This document shows positions 12,206 through 26,300 of a DNA stretch of 64,000 nt, in pieces. The notes beneath the pieces are model-generated. The model saw only the letters and a program-made list of their open reading frames with translations. It did not search any database and was not told the origin of the DNA. The stretch is taken from the NCBI GenBank assembly GCA_021613535.1, contig CP075492.1:11718001-11782000 (forward strand). Reading direction: 5' to 3'. The stretch comes from Adineta vaga (lineage: Eukaryota; Animalia; Rotifera). Each line of letters opens with the position of its first letter. The first letter of the stretch is position 1. Made by a program: the position numbers and the translations under genes.

Positions 12206-14096
12206 ATGAATTCCAGTTCATTTTCTAAACATCGTCATCGTGCTGAAAAGACATTTGTTAAAGCATTGTATGGTTTATCCACTGAATATGAAACGCCAAA
12301 ATCAGTTTTGATACGTAGTTTATCACTAACAATTCTTCTTCGTGTTATGCAAATTCTTCTTCTTGTTTATTCTGTATTATATTTACTTCTCTATGAAAAA
12401 GGTTATCAAAAACAAGATACAGCAATTATTTCGTCGACAACATTAAAAGTTAAAGGTATTGGTTTTATTCGATCACAACATAACAAAACGATTATTATTG
12501 ATGTTGCAGGTAATTTGTAAAGATAAAATCTTGTCTTCTTTCTTTTAATCTGAACTTTTTGTTCTATAGATTACATAATTCCTCCCTCGGAAAATGATGC
12601 AATTTTTATTATGTCAAATTTTGTTCAAACTGATCAGGCACAATCTCATTGTGCCGAAAGGCTTCTCTCGAAGAAGCACGATGTAAAACTGATGAAGATT
12701 GTGTCAACAAAGCTGTTTCATCTAAAGCAAGCGGACGATGGACTGGCCGATGTCTTATACCACCAACGATGAATATTTTCAACAAAACATCAAATTCAAC
12801 TAAACAATCACTGGGTCTCTGTGAATATGCAGGTAAGCGTTTATTGTGATCAGTCAATCGTAGATCCATTTAAGTTGATAGAACATATGTTATACAAAAC
12901 TAAATAATCATCCAATGGATATATGACAAGTAAAAATGTCATTTACAACTGCGAACAGAACATGTTGTCCTTGAAGGACATATATATATATATATATATT
13001 TTCAATTTTCGAAGGTTACCAGTCTAAATACTTTCTGTGTTGAAATATAAATTAAAGTGTTTATGGACAATTATAATGATTAATCGACTAGAAGATATCA
13101 GTAACATTATATGGCAGTTATTATAAAATAAAAATTCTTCTTAGGACAATAAAGCATGTGCTGTTACTGATGGGAAGAAATAGTACATCTTACTTACATG
13201 TCTATAAGATAATGAGTAGTCAGAATGAAATTCACTGATCGATTTGTCATTGAAAAGGAAAATATTTTATCAATAATTTTCTATTTATAGGTTGGTGTCC
13301 TCCTGAAAATGATGAAGTAGATTCAATGTATGTGAATGAATTTCTTAATTTTACTATTTTTATAAAGAATTTCATTGAATTTCCAATATTTCGTGTTAAA
13401 CATAAAAATATGGTTGATAATTTAAAAGCATGTGTCTTTCATCCACAATTTTCACCAGATTGTCCAATATTTTCACTTGGTTATATATTAAATCAAGCCG
13501 AAAACGATTCCGAAGAACGTGCATTAATGTTACGTTATGGTGGAGTAGTTAGTGTGAAACTTGACTGGGATTGTAATTTAGATCGAGATGTAAAATTATG
13601 TAAACCGGAATATACATTTGTTCGTCTCGACGTGCCATTTCGAGATAAACCATTTTCTCGTGGTTTTAATTTTCGTTATGCTTCACAATGGAAATATCTT
13701 GGCAGTACTCAACGAACATTAACGAAAGCATATGGTCTTCGATTAATCATTGCTGTTAGTGGAAAAGCTGGAAAATTTGATTTGATTACATTAAGTTTAA
13801 ATATAGGTTCTTCAGTTGGTATATTTGGTTTAGCAATCGTTTTTTGCAATATTCTTCTTTATCTATCGAAACAATCACGTACTTATCAACGTCATATCTG
13901 TGAAGCGGTACATTCAGGAACACGTTTTAATAGTGTTTCAGAAGACGATAACGATGGTGGACAGACGAATGGTGTTACACATAAGCTCAGCATTACATCA
14001 AACGAAGAAACTCCAAGACTTACTCGAAAAACTGTTTCAATGCGTCCATTGATACTCATCATTCCTGATCAATTGACAAACTCAGAACTGACCTGA
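12206..14096 (+). pseudogene. P2RX: P2X purinoceptor with an apparent 1-nt deletion in exon 2 (pseudogene, null allele or assembly error)
   Basis: Motifs YETPK, TM1, LKVKG, DVADYIIP, GWCP, NFTIFIKNFIEFP, CPIF, WDCNLD, GFNFRYA and RTLTKAYG. Exons are 12206-12509, 12570-12831 and 13291-14096. The frame entering exon 2 reaches a stop, while the conserved Cys-rich sequence continues in another frame from ~12661. Confidence 0.8.
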
Positions 14097-14343
14097 AATA
14101 TAAATATACGAATCCATATGTAGTTTAAAACTGATATGTATTGATGAGATCGTAACTTAGGCATGTTTTTTTTATAGTTATTCTTGTCATTGTACAAAGA
14201 TGAATATGATTTTGTTTGACTTATTAATAAAAAAAGTCTGTTAGATGTTATTCAGAATGTAATTGTTCATAGAATTTTTTGAGAGAAAGTCTTGAGACGA
14301 GAAAAAAAAGGGCGCTATAAACTGATTTTCATTATTGATAAAG

Positions 14344-17300
14344 ATGAGTGAAAGTGTCAATGAACGTGGTTCCCTTTCCAGTGATCTTGGTGATGTAGAA
14401 ATTTCTTCGGATGATATGGAATTTGAAGATCAACGTCTTCGATTTTTTCTATCTTATCTTCAAATAGTTTATGGCACTACACCGGCTATATTTAAAAAAG
14501 GTGTTCTTTTATTTTATACGGGAACAGTTTTATAAAATTCGTTTTATCTATAGCTATACTATACAATGAAATCAATCGTAAATTAATGGAATCATTTCTT
14601 GATAAATCTGATCAAAATATAATTCTTATTTTTGAAAATTCTGATTCATTGAATATTCTCACTGAGTTTCCGTTGCAAATTAAATCAAAACTCGTTTGTT
14701 TTGTAAAGAGAAATTCGACCATTATTTATACTGATATTTCATTAAAAAAACAAATTGCAATCGCAGAATTTACTCATTCATCCATGACACAATTAAGTTT
14801 ATTTATATCTGAAGTAAACCATATATTTTCATCTCATTAAATCATAAGTGATTTCGTAGATTCTTTGGCCAATTTTACAACAGCAAAAGACTACAAGTGA
14901 TTGGCCTGATATAATCATTCGAAATTGTACACAAAATATATCAGAATTAACAAATTTATTAACAATAGTCAATGGAATACTCCGAGGACGAACGATTCTA
15001 TCCATACCTCATGAAATTGAATTTTTATCAAATCCTGATTATCTTCGTAAACTTAATCAGTAAGTTGAAGTCGTCTCATATCGTCCATCCATCATAAGCT
15101 TCGTTTTGTTGCAGTAATAAAACATTTGATAGTGGAAAAATTCGATTATTAGAAAATCTAATTTTAACATGGAAAAAACAAATTCAAACAGCGATTAATT
15201 ATGATTCCGATCTACCGCAAAATAAATATTATCCATTACCAAATCTTGAAATTGATTTCTGGACAGCAAGAGCAGAAAATTTACACGGCATTAAAACTCA
15301 AGTATGTGAAAAACAAGACGATTCGTCTATTGGATGATGACTCCGGATTGATTTAGATGCATTCATCGTTAATTCGACGCTGGTAGAGATTCTTGAAGTA
15401 TCTGGTTCGAACTATTTTTCTGGATTTCGTACACTATTTCGTGATATTATCCAAGCATTTGTTGAAGCACAAAATATTGCTTTGTATTTAAAACCATTTG
15501 TACCAATTCTTGACTTAATGGAAAAAGTTCAAAATATTGAATCAATTTCATTATATTTCGATCAATTATTTCATACGTTAGCTTTAACTTGGACTCATTC
15601 AGTTTATCATACGAATATTGATCGATTTATTGGATTTTTACAACAATGGACTAATCTTATTCTATTGAAAGTTAGTATTTATTATTATTATTGCAAAAGA
15701 TGTCTGTAACGTAATGCATAGATTCGTGATTTGCTTCAACCAAATGATTTATTTGTTGAAACAGATTTTGATGAACCTATACAATTAATAAATCTATCAA
15801 TTGAAACTTGTGTTCTATATAAAAAGACTTATCAACATTATAAAGAATTGTTACCAACTTATTTCAATGATCGACAGGTGAAATCTGTTCATAGTTATAT
15901 CATCGACTTAGATCAATCATCATTATTTCCTAGGTTCGTTATTGGGAAATACCTGAATCGAAAATTTTCGAAAGATGTGATCATTTTGTTGATCGATTGA
16001 AAATGCTAAAAGTAAGCATAATTCAACAGATATTACGAAATCGATTCTTGTTTAGGATATAGTATCTACTGCTCAAGAATGTTCCATATATGAATCAATT
16101 GAATTAGGTGGTGTTGATGCGGATGAATTGCATACTATTTTACTGAGAGTTCTTAGTGATTTCAAAGCATCCTATGCAATATTTCGTGGTAAAATAGAAT
16201 GTAGTACTTTTTATTCCATCTAAAAATCTTTCTCATAGGTTTGTCTGATGATCTAACCACTGATTCAAATCTTGAATTTCCTAATAATTATAAACTATTC
16301 TGTAAAAGTGTAGCAGCTGGTGATGAACGCATTTCTAATATTTTACGTCGCTTTCTTCAACCATGTACAAGTGATTTGAAAACAACTAATATTGATACTA
16401 TCTATCGAGTTCGTCTTTCATTTTTATCAATAAAATATCATTCGATTAACTTTTAGTTATTCCGTATATTTGGATCAACTTTAGAACGTAGTCAACTTAA
16501 ACATGTTGTAAATGAATATATGAATACACTTTTAAATATAATTGAACATGGTTTAAATGAAGATCAATGCTTATTTGATGATTATCTTAAAGATTCACAT
16601 TCAGCATGGTTGTTAACAATGCCAAAACTGATTGTTGATCTGACATTTGCTGATCAATTACGTCATCGTATTAATAATCAAATCGAACCTTTGAAAATAA
16701 TTAGTATCAAGTAGTCTCTGTGGTATTCTATTTGTATTTCCTTCTAAAACAATCATTTTAGTATCAAAGACAATGATACATACAAACGAATATTAGAACA
16801 GGAACAAAATCTTTTAAAAAAACTGGATGATTTTACTACAAATACAAATCAACAATGGATCACTTCGTTTAAAACACAAAATCTTCTTCATCTAAATGAG
16901 CCACTGCTTCGAAAAGACAATAGTTATTATCTTGTTAACATTAAATCAGAAGTAATTGTCTATCACAGCATAGACATAACATTTCTTAACATATTTTATT
17001 TTGTTTTAGTTTGATACAGTTCTACATGAAGTTATGCGTCTTTATCAATTACCAACTTTCATTCTTTCACCAGAAATTGAAGAATTCTATCAATATATTA
17101 ATCATTTTCAACAACAATTTATCGATCTTGGTAATCATTACACATCAAATATACATGTCTTCGATATTTGTCTATTTAAGATTATATCACCAAATCATAT
17201 CGACATATTTATGATAATATTCTCATTATTGAGTATCCATTAATTCGTGATGAACTACAAACAATTGAGAAGAATCTCGATAAAGCTAGTACTATACATA

Positions 17301-20300
17301 CATTGAATATTGATACAGGTATATCTATTGAAGTAATATCATCTCTAATTAGTAGTATGTTTATTTAGATTCAACAGATTTCATTCGTCATCTTCGAACA
17401 ACAATAAATGATTTTGAAGAACGTTTATTTAAAAGTAAATCAAATCTAGATGATATGCAACGAATTTTGAAACATTTTATAAAAACGGCATTATATTCTC
17501 GGGGTGAAACTCGACAAGATTCTTTACTTATTGTTTATGAAAAAGAAGACAAAGTATTAAAACGAAATAATGAATTACGAGATATTGGTGTACGTTTACA
17601 AGATATTCTTAAAGTAAGTTTTCCCATCGATATGAAATCTAAATATCGTATTTTCAGCAAAATAAATGGTTATTCAAAGCCGATAGTGATTCGGATATTT
17701 GGAAAGCATATGTTGACTATGTTGATGAAATTATTATTGAATCACTCTATGAAATTATTGAGTACAATCTCAATTATCTTCTGGAAGAATCAGACCCATC
17801 ATTGAATAAACGTGTATTGTTTGAAGTTCAACTTGTGTTGGATGTAAGTCATTTTGCGAATAGTTCACTTGTCTTTACTTTCGTGTCAGGATCTTGATTT
17901 GCGATTTAATCCATCATTGGATTTTGGTAGTGCCAATGGTCTTTATGATATCGTTGATACATTAATTGGGAATATCTTTCGTCAAGCAGCAATGCTGCCA
18001 CGTCTTGCTGAACATTCTGGACAGAAACATTATCAAGTAAGTCGAAGAATATACGTTTGACGAAGTAATTGTAATACATGTATAGAATGATTTGGAAGAA
18101 ATGAAAGAATTAAATGATAGTCGATTGAAAATTATGGAAAGATTACGTAATACAATGAAAGAAGCCAATGATTGGAAAGAAGAAGTGGAAGAAAATTCAT
18201 ATCTATGGCTTGATGATAGAAAAGAACATATGCGACAATTTTTATTATACGGTCGAATACTTGAAGGTAAATATCTTATTTGTATGATAGTGTTCAAAAT
18301 TTAAATTATTGAAGATCATGAAGTGGAAAATCTTGAACAAGTTAAAGAGTGTCCACCGAATTTACTTCAATTTCAAAATCAAATTGATTTATTTCAATCG
18401 ATCTATAATGATATTGATAATTGGAACCAAACATTTCTATTTAATAATTGGTTACGAGTTGATGCTCGACCTGTAAAACGACAACTACTTGCCTTAGTGA
18501 CAAAATGGATTAATCTGTATAGTCAATTTCATTTCTTTTCCCAAATCACCTAAACTTTCTTTCATAGATATAAAAACTATTTGATCGATCATATCACGGT
18601 TTCACTCAATGAATTACAATCGTTTATTAAGTATGCAACCGATATGCTTCATCGTCAAATGAAATCAGATAATTTGAAAGATTTGATTGAAATGATGACA
18701 TTTTTAAGTCAAGTACGTGCACGACAAGAATATACTGATGATATGGCTGAACCTATTAAAGATACGATTGAATTATTAAAATCATATGCTTATGAAGTAC
18801 CACAATCTGTTTATGCTATGCTTGATGAATTACCTGAACAATGGATTGTGATTAAAAAATTAGCTACACAAATGAAACAACAGATTGCACCTTTACAAGC
18901 CAATCAAGTTGCAAATATTCGTAGTCAGATTGTCGATATGGAAAGAAAACAACAAGACTTACGAGAAAGATTTTCAAACGATGCACCATTTAAATATGAT
19001 ACAAAAGAACCTTACGTTGGTAAGTTTTTACAGCGGAAGATTGATGGGACTAAAAAATAAACATTCATTTGCCATTCTAGAACTTGATTATTGGGCATCA
19101 CAATTACGTAAATTCGATCAAGACGTACAACAATTAACAGATCTTGCGAGTATATTTGATATCAATATTCCTGAATATAAAATGTAATTCATACTAAAAT
19201 CTCAGCTATCAAAGAAAACATACAATTTTATCTTTATTAGTATAAAATTATGCCGTAAAGAAATGCGTCCATTGAAACATCTTTGGGATTTGATCTATTT
19301 AATTCGTTCACGTATTGATGAGTGGACAAAAACGCCTTGGAAACAAGTGAATATTGAATTAATCGATCAAGAATTACGACAAACGTATTTGAATAAAGAA
19401 TTACGATTACTTTCAAAAGAATGTAATCAATGGAATACATATCAAGGAATTGAAAAAGATGTGAAAAATCTTATTGCATCATTACGTTCAGTTGGTGAAT
19501 TTCGTAATAATGCGATTAGACCAAGACATTGGGAAGAACTAATGAAAGAAACGGGTGTTCAAATTAATATGACAGATGATACAAGTCTTCAAGATTTACT
19601 CGTTCTTAATTTACATAAATATGAAGACGAAGTATTGGATTTATGCTTTCACCGAAAAGAAACATTGACTTGATTTATGTTTGTGTAGGTGAAAAATATT
19701 GTTGATAAAGCAGCAAAAGAACAAGGAATGGAAAAAATCTTAATTGATCTTGAAAATACTTGGTAGATTGTTTTCTTTTCTCTATGAAATAAACAAATAT
19801 ATCTTTATTTTTCGTTAGGTCAAATATGAATTTTCAAACAGAAAAACATCCCCGTACTAATATTACACTGGTCTCAATCGATGATGATATTCTCGTTGCA
19901 TTAGATGAACATCAAACACAATTACAAACTTTACTCTCATCCAAATTTATTTCTCATTTTATCGATAATGTCATTACATGGAAAAGTCAAATGTCAACAG
20001 CAGACATGGTTCTACAGTTATTAACCGATGTACAACGTACTTGGTCAAATTTAGAAGCAATTTTTATTGGAACGGATGATATTCGAATACAATTACCACA
20101 TGAAACAGAAGCATTCGATAGAATTGATCAAGAATTTAAAGTTAGTATAATTCTTGTCTGATGTAAATAAAGATCGAGAATTTTTGTGATGTAATTTGTT
20201 CGTAGGCAATAGCGAAACGAAATGAAGAAGATTTGAATTTTATTCGTTGTACAAATCGTCATGGTTTATATGATCAATTGGAAAAAATGAAAGATAATTT

Positions 20301-23300
20301 ACAACTTTGTCAAAAAGCATTGGAAGATTATTTAGGTAAGTCATATGTTTCACTCATTGATTTCATCTTGTTTGAGACAAATAGAAATCAAACGATTGGC
20401 ATTTCCACGGTGAGTTGATACAAACTCAATTGATTGTACACAGAAGAAATTTAGATTTTTCTTTGTATCTGGTTCGGAATTACTTGAATTTCTGTCAAAT
20501 GGAAATGAGCCGGAAAAAGTGATGAAATTATTGAAAAAAGTATTCGATAGTTTGAATAAACTCGATTTACGTGAAAATTTCAATGGAATTAAATCGAAAA
20601 TGGCATATGCAAGTAAGTTTCGATGGATATCAATCGAAATATTGAGTTTGATTCTAGTGTATTCGGATGATGGTGAACGAGTATCCTTTTTTACGGATTG
20701 TAATTTGGATGGAGCAGTAGAGATTTGGTTATCACGTTTATTGGATTTTCATTGTGAAACAATACGAAATTGGCTAAGAGCAGCAGTCACGGCTTACGAA
20801 GTACATATAATAGAAATATCAAGTTCTAATCAATGTTTTTGTTGCTATAGGATAAACTACGAGAGGAATGGATATTTGATTATCCAGCACAAATTATTCT
20901 TACTGCAAGTCAAATTTGGTTTGTAAATGTGATGGAAATATTTAGTTTTGATGAGTAAAATTCTAGGTGGACAACAGATGTGAATGGAACATTTGCTCGT
21001 ATGGAAGAAGGTTTTTCGAATGCATTACGTGAATATAATAAGAAACAAATTGTTCAATTAAATACATCGATTAATCTATTATTGAGTCAGTTAAACGATC
21101 AAGATCGTGAAAAAATAACGACACTTTGTCTTATTGATCTTCATGCACGTGATGTCGTTGCAAAACTGCTCAATCTCAAAGTAAAATCTCATCGAATTGA
21201 AATTTTATATCAACTATGAATTTAATTTATTGAGATTGAAAATAGTAATGAATTTACTTGGCAATCTCAATTAAGACATCGATGGGATACAAAAGATAAT
21301 AATTGTTATGCAAATATATGTGATGCGAGATTTAAATATCAATATGAGTAAATAAAAATATTCAATAAAATGATAAATTCATCATTTACAACAATATTGT
21401 AGATATTTAGGAAATAAAAGTCGATTGGTAATTACACCATTAACAGATAGGTAATGTTATCGATGGAATCGTCCATGTGACTATTATTACTTGTTTTTCC
21501 ATTTTTACAAAAGAAAAACTGATTAATAACGAAACATTCCCGTAGTCAGCATGGCCGAGTGGTCTAAGGCGCCAGACTCAAGCGTAATGCTTCCTCAGTG
21601 AGGTTGAGTGTTCTGGTCAGCGAATGCTGGCGTGGGTTCAAATCCCACTGCTGACACCATTTTTTTTCGCGTTCTTTCCTTCGATAAAATCACACATGTT
21701 GTCTTTAGATGCTATATTACATTGACACAATCGTTACATTTATTTGTTGGTGGCGCTCCAGCTGGTTCGTAAAATAGTTAGATTTAAATTATGCGTTAAT
21801 TATCGTTGTTCCTTCAGGGCCAGCCGGAACAGGCAAAACCGAAACAACGAAAGGTTATGTTATTTTTATTAAAATAAATTCGAATAAAAAATGAATTCTT
21901 TGGATATATAGATCTTGGTAGATCGTTAGGTATATGTGTATTTGTTACGAATTGTTCGGAACAGATTGATTATAAATCTATTGGCAATACTTTCAAAGGA
22001 TTAGCGATGAGGTAAGTGAATATCGTTTTGTTCAATGTTGATAAATGAAATAAAATTGTTTCTTTTAGTGGTTGTTGGGGATGTTTTGATGAGTACGATT
22101 CTGTTATATATTCCTCATCTTTTTTGAATAAGCTAATGATGATTGAATTAGATTTAATCGTATTTCAATTGCAGTTTTATCCGTTGTTGCTGTTCAAGTG
22201 AAACTTATATTTGTAAGTATATATAATAAATGAAAATGTATATCAGTCATTTGTTTCTTGTGAAAAAAAAGGATGCATTACGAGCAAAACGTAAAATCTT
22301 CAATTTTATGAATGCAGAAATAAAACTTCATCCATCCGTGGGAATATTTATCACTATGAATCCCGGTTATGCTGGTCGAACAGAGCTGCCCGAAAATTTA
22401 AAAGCTTTATTTCGGTAGAGAAAAATATCTTTTGATCTACTCACATACTAATTTAACTTTCTTGGCTATGATGATTAGACCATGTGCAATGGTCGTACCC
22501 GATTTTGAATTAATTGGTTTGTTTTCATCATAAAGAATGTCCTCAAAAATATGATAACTATTCTTTTTTTGTATAGCTGAATTAAATCTTGTTTCTGCTG
22601 GATTTACTGATGCAAAATTACTCAGTCGAAAATTTGTCACATTATATTCTTTATGTCGAGATTTATTATCAAAACAAGTTTGTTTATTGAAATACATTGT
22701 CATTCTATGTTTTTCTTTACCTATGTAAAGGAACACTATGATTGGGGTTTACGGGCAATTAAATCAGTATTGGTTGTGGCTGGTACATTACGACGAGCTG
22801 ATCCTGATATGAGTGAAGATAAAGTCTTGATGCGAGCATTACGTGATTTCAATATACCAAAAATAACTGTCGAAGATATGCCAGTTTTTCTCAATCTTAT
22901 TGGAGATTTATTTCCCGCGTTGGATGTGGAGAGAAAAAGGTATTTGTTAATGATTCGATAAGGAATCTCATGCGAATATTTACAATGTAGAGATCAAGAA
23001 TTTGAAACAAAAGTTCGTGAAGCAGCTGTAGATCTTCATTTGCAAGCGGAAGAAGCTAGTCCATCAGCACAAAATAATTTCGTTCTAAAAATTGTTCAAT
23101 TAAAAGAAATATTTGATGTACGACATTCTGTTTTTATTATTGGAAATGCTGGAACAGGTAAGATAGAGTGTAGGATGTAAACTAAAACTTTTTGAAATGT
23201 AATGAAGGAAAAACTCAAATATGGAAAACTCTATTTAAAACATATCAAAATATGAAACGTCGACCATATGCTGTTGATCGTAAAAGAATAACTATGAGAT

Positions 23301-26300
23301 AATAGCAAAAGTCTACTTTCTTTCATGTTTTAGTTGACCCAAAAGCGGTGACAAATGATGAATTATTTGGTTATATGCATCGACAAACACGTGAATGGAA
23401 AGATGGATTATTTTCTACAATTATGCGAGATTTAGCAAATATGACTTCAGATTGTATATCTATCACTGTATTTTCTATAAGGAAAAAGTGTAAACGATTA
23501 TTTTAGCTCCTAAATGGATTGTTCTTGATGGTGATATTGATCCAATGTGGATTGAATCATTAAATACAGTTATGGATGATAATAAAGTTCTTACATTAGC
23601 CAGTAATGAACGTATTCCATTGAATGAAACAATGCGTCTATTATTCGAAATCAGTCATCTAAAAACAGCAACACCAGCAACAGTTTCTCGTGCAGGAATT
23701 TTATATGTATCAACCAATGATATTGGTTATTCACCTCTTTATGTTAGTTGGATAGAACAACGTGAATCAAGTAGTGAAAGAAATCATTTATTATTATTAT
23801 TTGATAAATATATTCCACGTTGTCTTGAATTATTAAAAAGTGGACGTGTAAGAACAATAACACCATTAGTTGATGTTTGTCATATACAAATGTTATGTAA
23901 TATACTTGGTAAGTTAATTCGAATGATATAAATAGTTTAATGGAGAATATGGTTATAGATTGTTTATTAACACCACAAAATTTACCTTCGGATTGTCCTA
24001 AAGAATGGTGGGAATTATATTTTGTTTGGGCAACAGTTTGGGCTATTGGTGGTTCACTCTTTCAAGAACAAACAGTCGATTATCGAAATGAATTTTCCAA
24101 ATGGTTTATTCATGAATTTAAAACAATAAAATTTCCTCTACATGGAACGATTTTTGATTATACAATTGATTCTCAAACAAAACGTTTTGAACCTTGGTCG
24201 AAATTACTTGATGAAACTCATTTTGATCCTGAACTACCGATCCAAGTATTCTAATAGAAAATTCAGCCTGTTTTATTCTTTTCGATCAATAATATCTTCT
24301 AGTCACAATTGATTCCAACGAATGAAACAGTTCGTTTATCATTTTGGTTGGAAGCACTCGTGAAAAGAGGTGTTTCTGTTATGTTTGTTGGTTCAGCAGG
24401 CACTGGTAAAAGTGTCATAATTAATAATCGCCTAGAAAAATTCAATACACAACATTTTATGATTTCAACAATTCCATTGAATTGTATAATCTTAATAAGA
24501 ATACAGATCGATTCAATTGATGTTTTTTCTCGTCATTCATAGATTATACTACAAGTGAAATGTTACAAAATTCATTAGAAAAACCTTTAGAAAAGAAAGC
24601 GGGTCGAACATATGGAGCACCAGGAAATCGTCAATTGATTTATTTCATTGGTAATTCTTCATATATATATATATATATCGAAGTCAATTCTATCTTTATT
24701 TAGACGATTTCAATATGCCTGAACGTGATAAATATTTCACTGTACAAGCACATACGATCGTTCGTGAATATCTAGATTATCAACATTGGTACGATCGACA
24801 AAAATTAACATTGAAAGATATTCGCAATTGTCAATTTATTGTGGCAATGAATCAAAATGCAGGAACATTCAATATTGATGCTCGTCTTCAACGACATTTT
24901 GCAACATTTGCTATTCCCTTTCCGAATAAAGTTCGTTTCAATTATTTTTCTATTTAAACAAAAGATATGATGAAAAGATTGTTTCCTTTCAAGAATACAC
25001 TTCATACTATCTATTCGAAAATGTTAGAAACAAAATTTACAAATTTCAATAAAATTGATTTGAAAACTCAAACAAGTTTCCTTAATCATTTCATTACAAT
25101 TCTTATTCAATTTCATCAACGTGTTTCTAGTGTATTTCTACCAACAGCAATTAAATTTCATTATCTTTTCAATTTACGTGATTTATCAAATATTGTTCAA
25201 GTACTGCTATTTTCTTTTCTATTCTTTATAACAAAATAACTGAACGATGACTATTTCAGGGAATGATATTCGCTTCGGCAAAAGAATTTTACATCCACAA
25301 GATTTAATACGTTTGTATATTCATGAAGCAGAAAGAACATATTCAGATAAATTAATCAATCAAGATGATATTGATTTATTTCATAAAATTCTACGTGAAA
25401 CAATTCGAAAGAATTTCGAAGTAATGTAATAGTAAATATTTTCCCATCCCATCAATCGTTTTTTGTTTTTCTTTGAAGTTTGTCAATGATGACACATTTG
25501 TTCGACCATTAATTTATTCACATTTTTCTGGTGGAATAGGTGATGCACAGTATACTGCGATATTGTCAATGGATAAACTTCAAAAGATCGTTGAAGATGC
25601 ATTAATATCTTATAACGAAACGAATTCACCGATGAATTTAGTGTTATTTGAAGATGCACTTATTCATGTTGCACGTATTAATCGAATACTTGAAGCACCA
25701 CGAGGTATAAATTGAATATACGATACAGAATCTTCAATGAATAAGTGTTATTTTCTTCTTAGGAAATGCATTGCTAATTGGAGTTGGTGGTAGTGGTAAA
25801 CAATCATTAGCTCGTCTAGCTGCATTTGTTTCATCACTTGATATTTTTCAAATAACAATCAAACCAAGTTATGGCATCAATGATTTTAAAGTTGATTTGA
25901 ATAATCTTTATCGTCGTGCTGGTCTTAAAGGTCTTGGAAGTGTGCTTCTGCTATCGGATGCTCAAATAAAAGATGAACATTTTCTTGTTTTTATCAATGA
26001 TTATTTATCATCGGGCGAAATTTTTGGTTTATTTATGGACGATGAAATAGAAGAAATTCTTAATTCCATACGTTCTGAAGCCAAATCACAAGGATATGAT
26101 GAATCGAACGAGAATGTATGGAAATATTTTATTGATAAAGTTCGACGTAATCTTAAAATTGTCATGTGTTTTTCACCCGTTGGAAATACTTTACGTACGC
26201 GTGCACGTCGTTTTCCTGCATTATTTAGTGGTACAATTATTGATTGGTTTCATTCTTGGCCAAAAGATGCACTCTATTCTGTTGTTGTTCGTTTTCTTGA

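Noticed and set aside
12655-15390. Programmed ribosomal frameshifting as the explanation for the P2X and dynein frame breaks
   Set aside because: There is no slippery heptamer or evident stimulatory structure at either site. An indel error or null allele is simpler.
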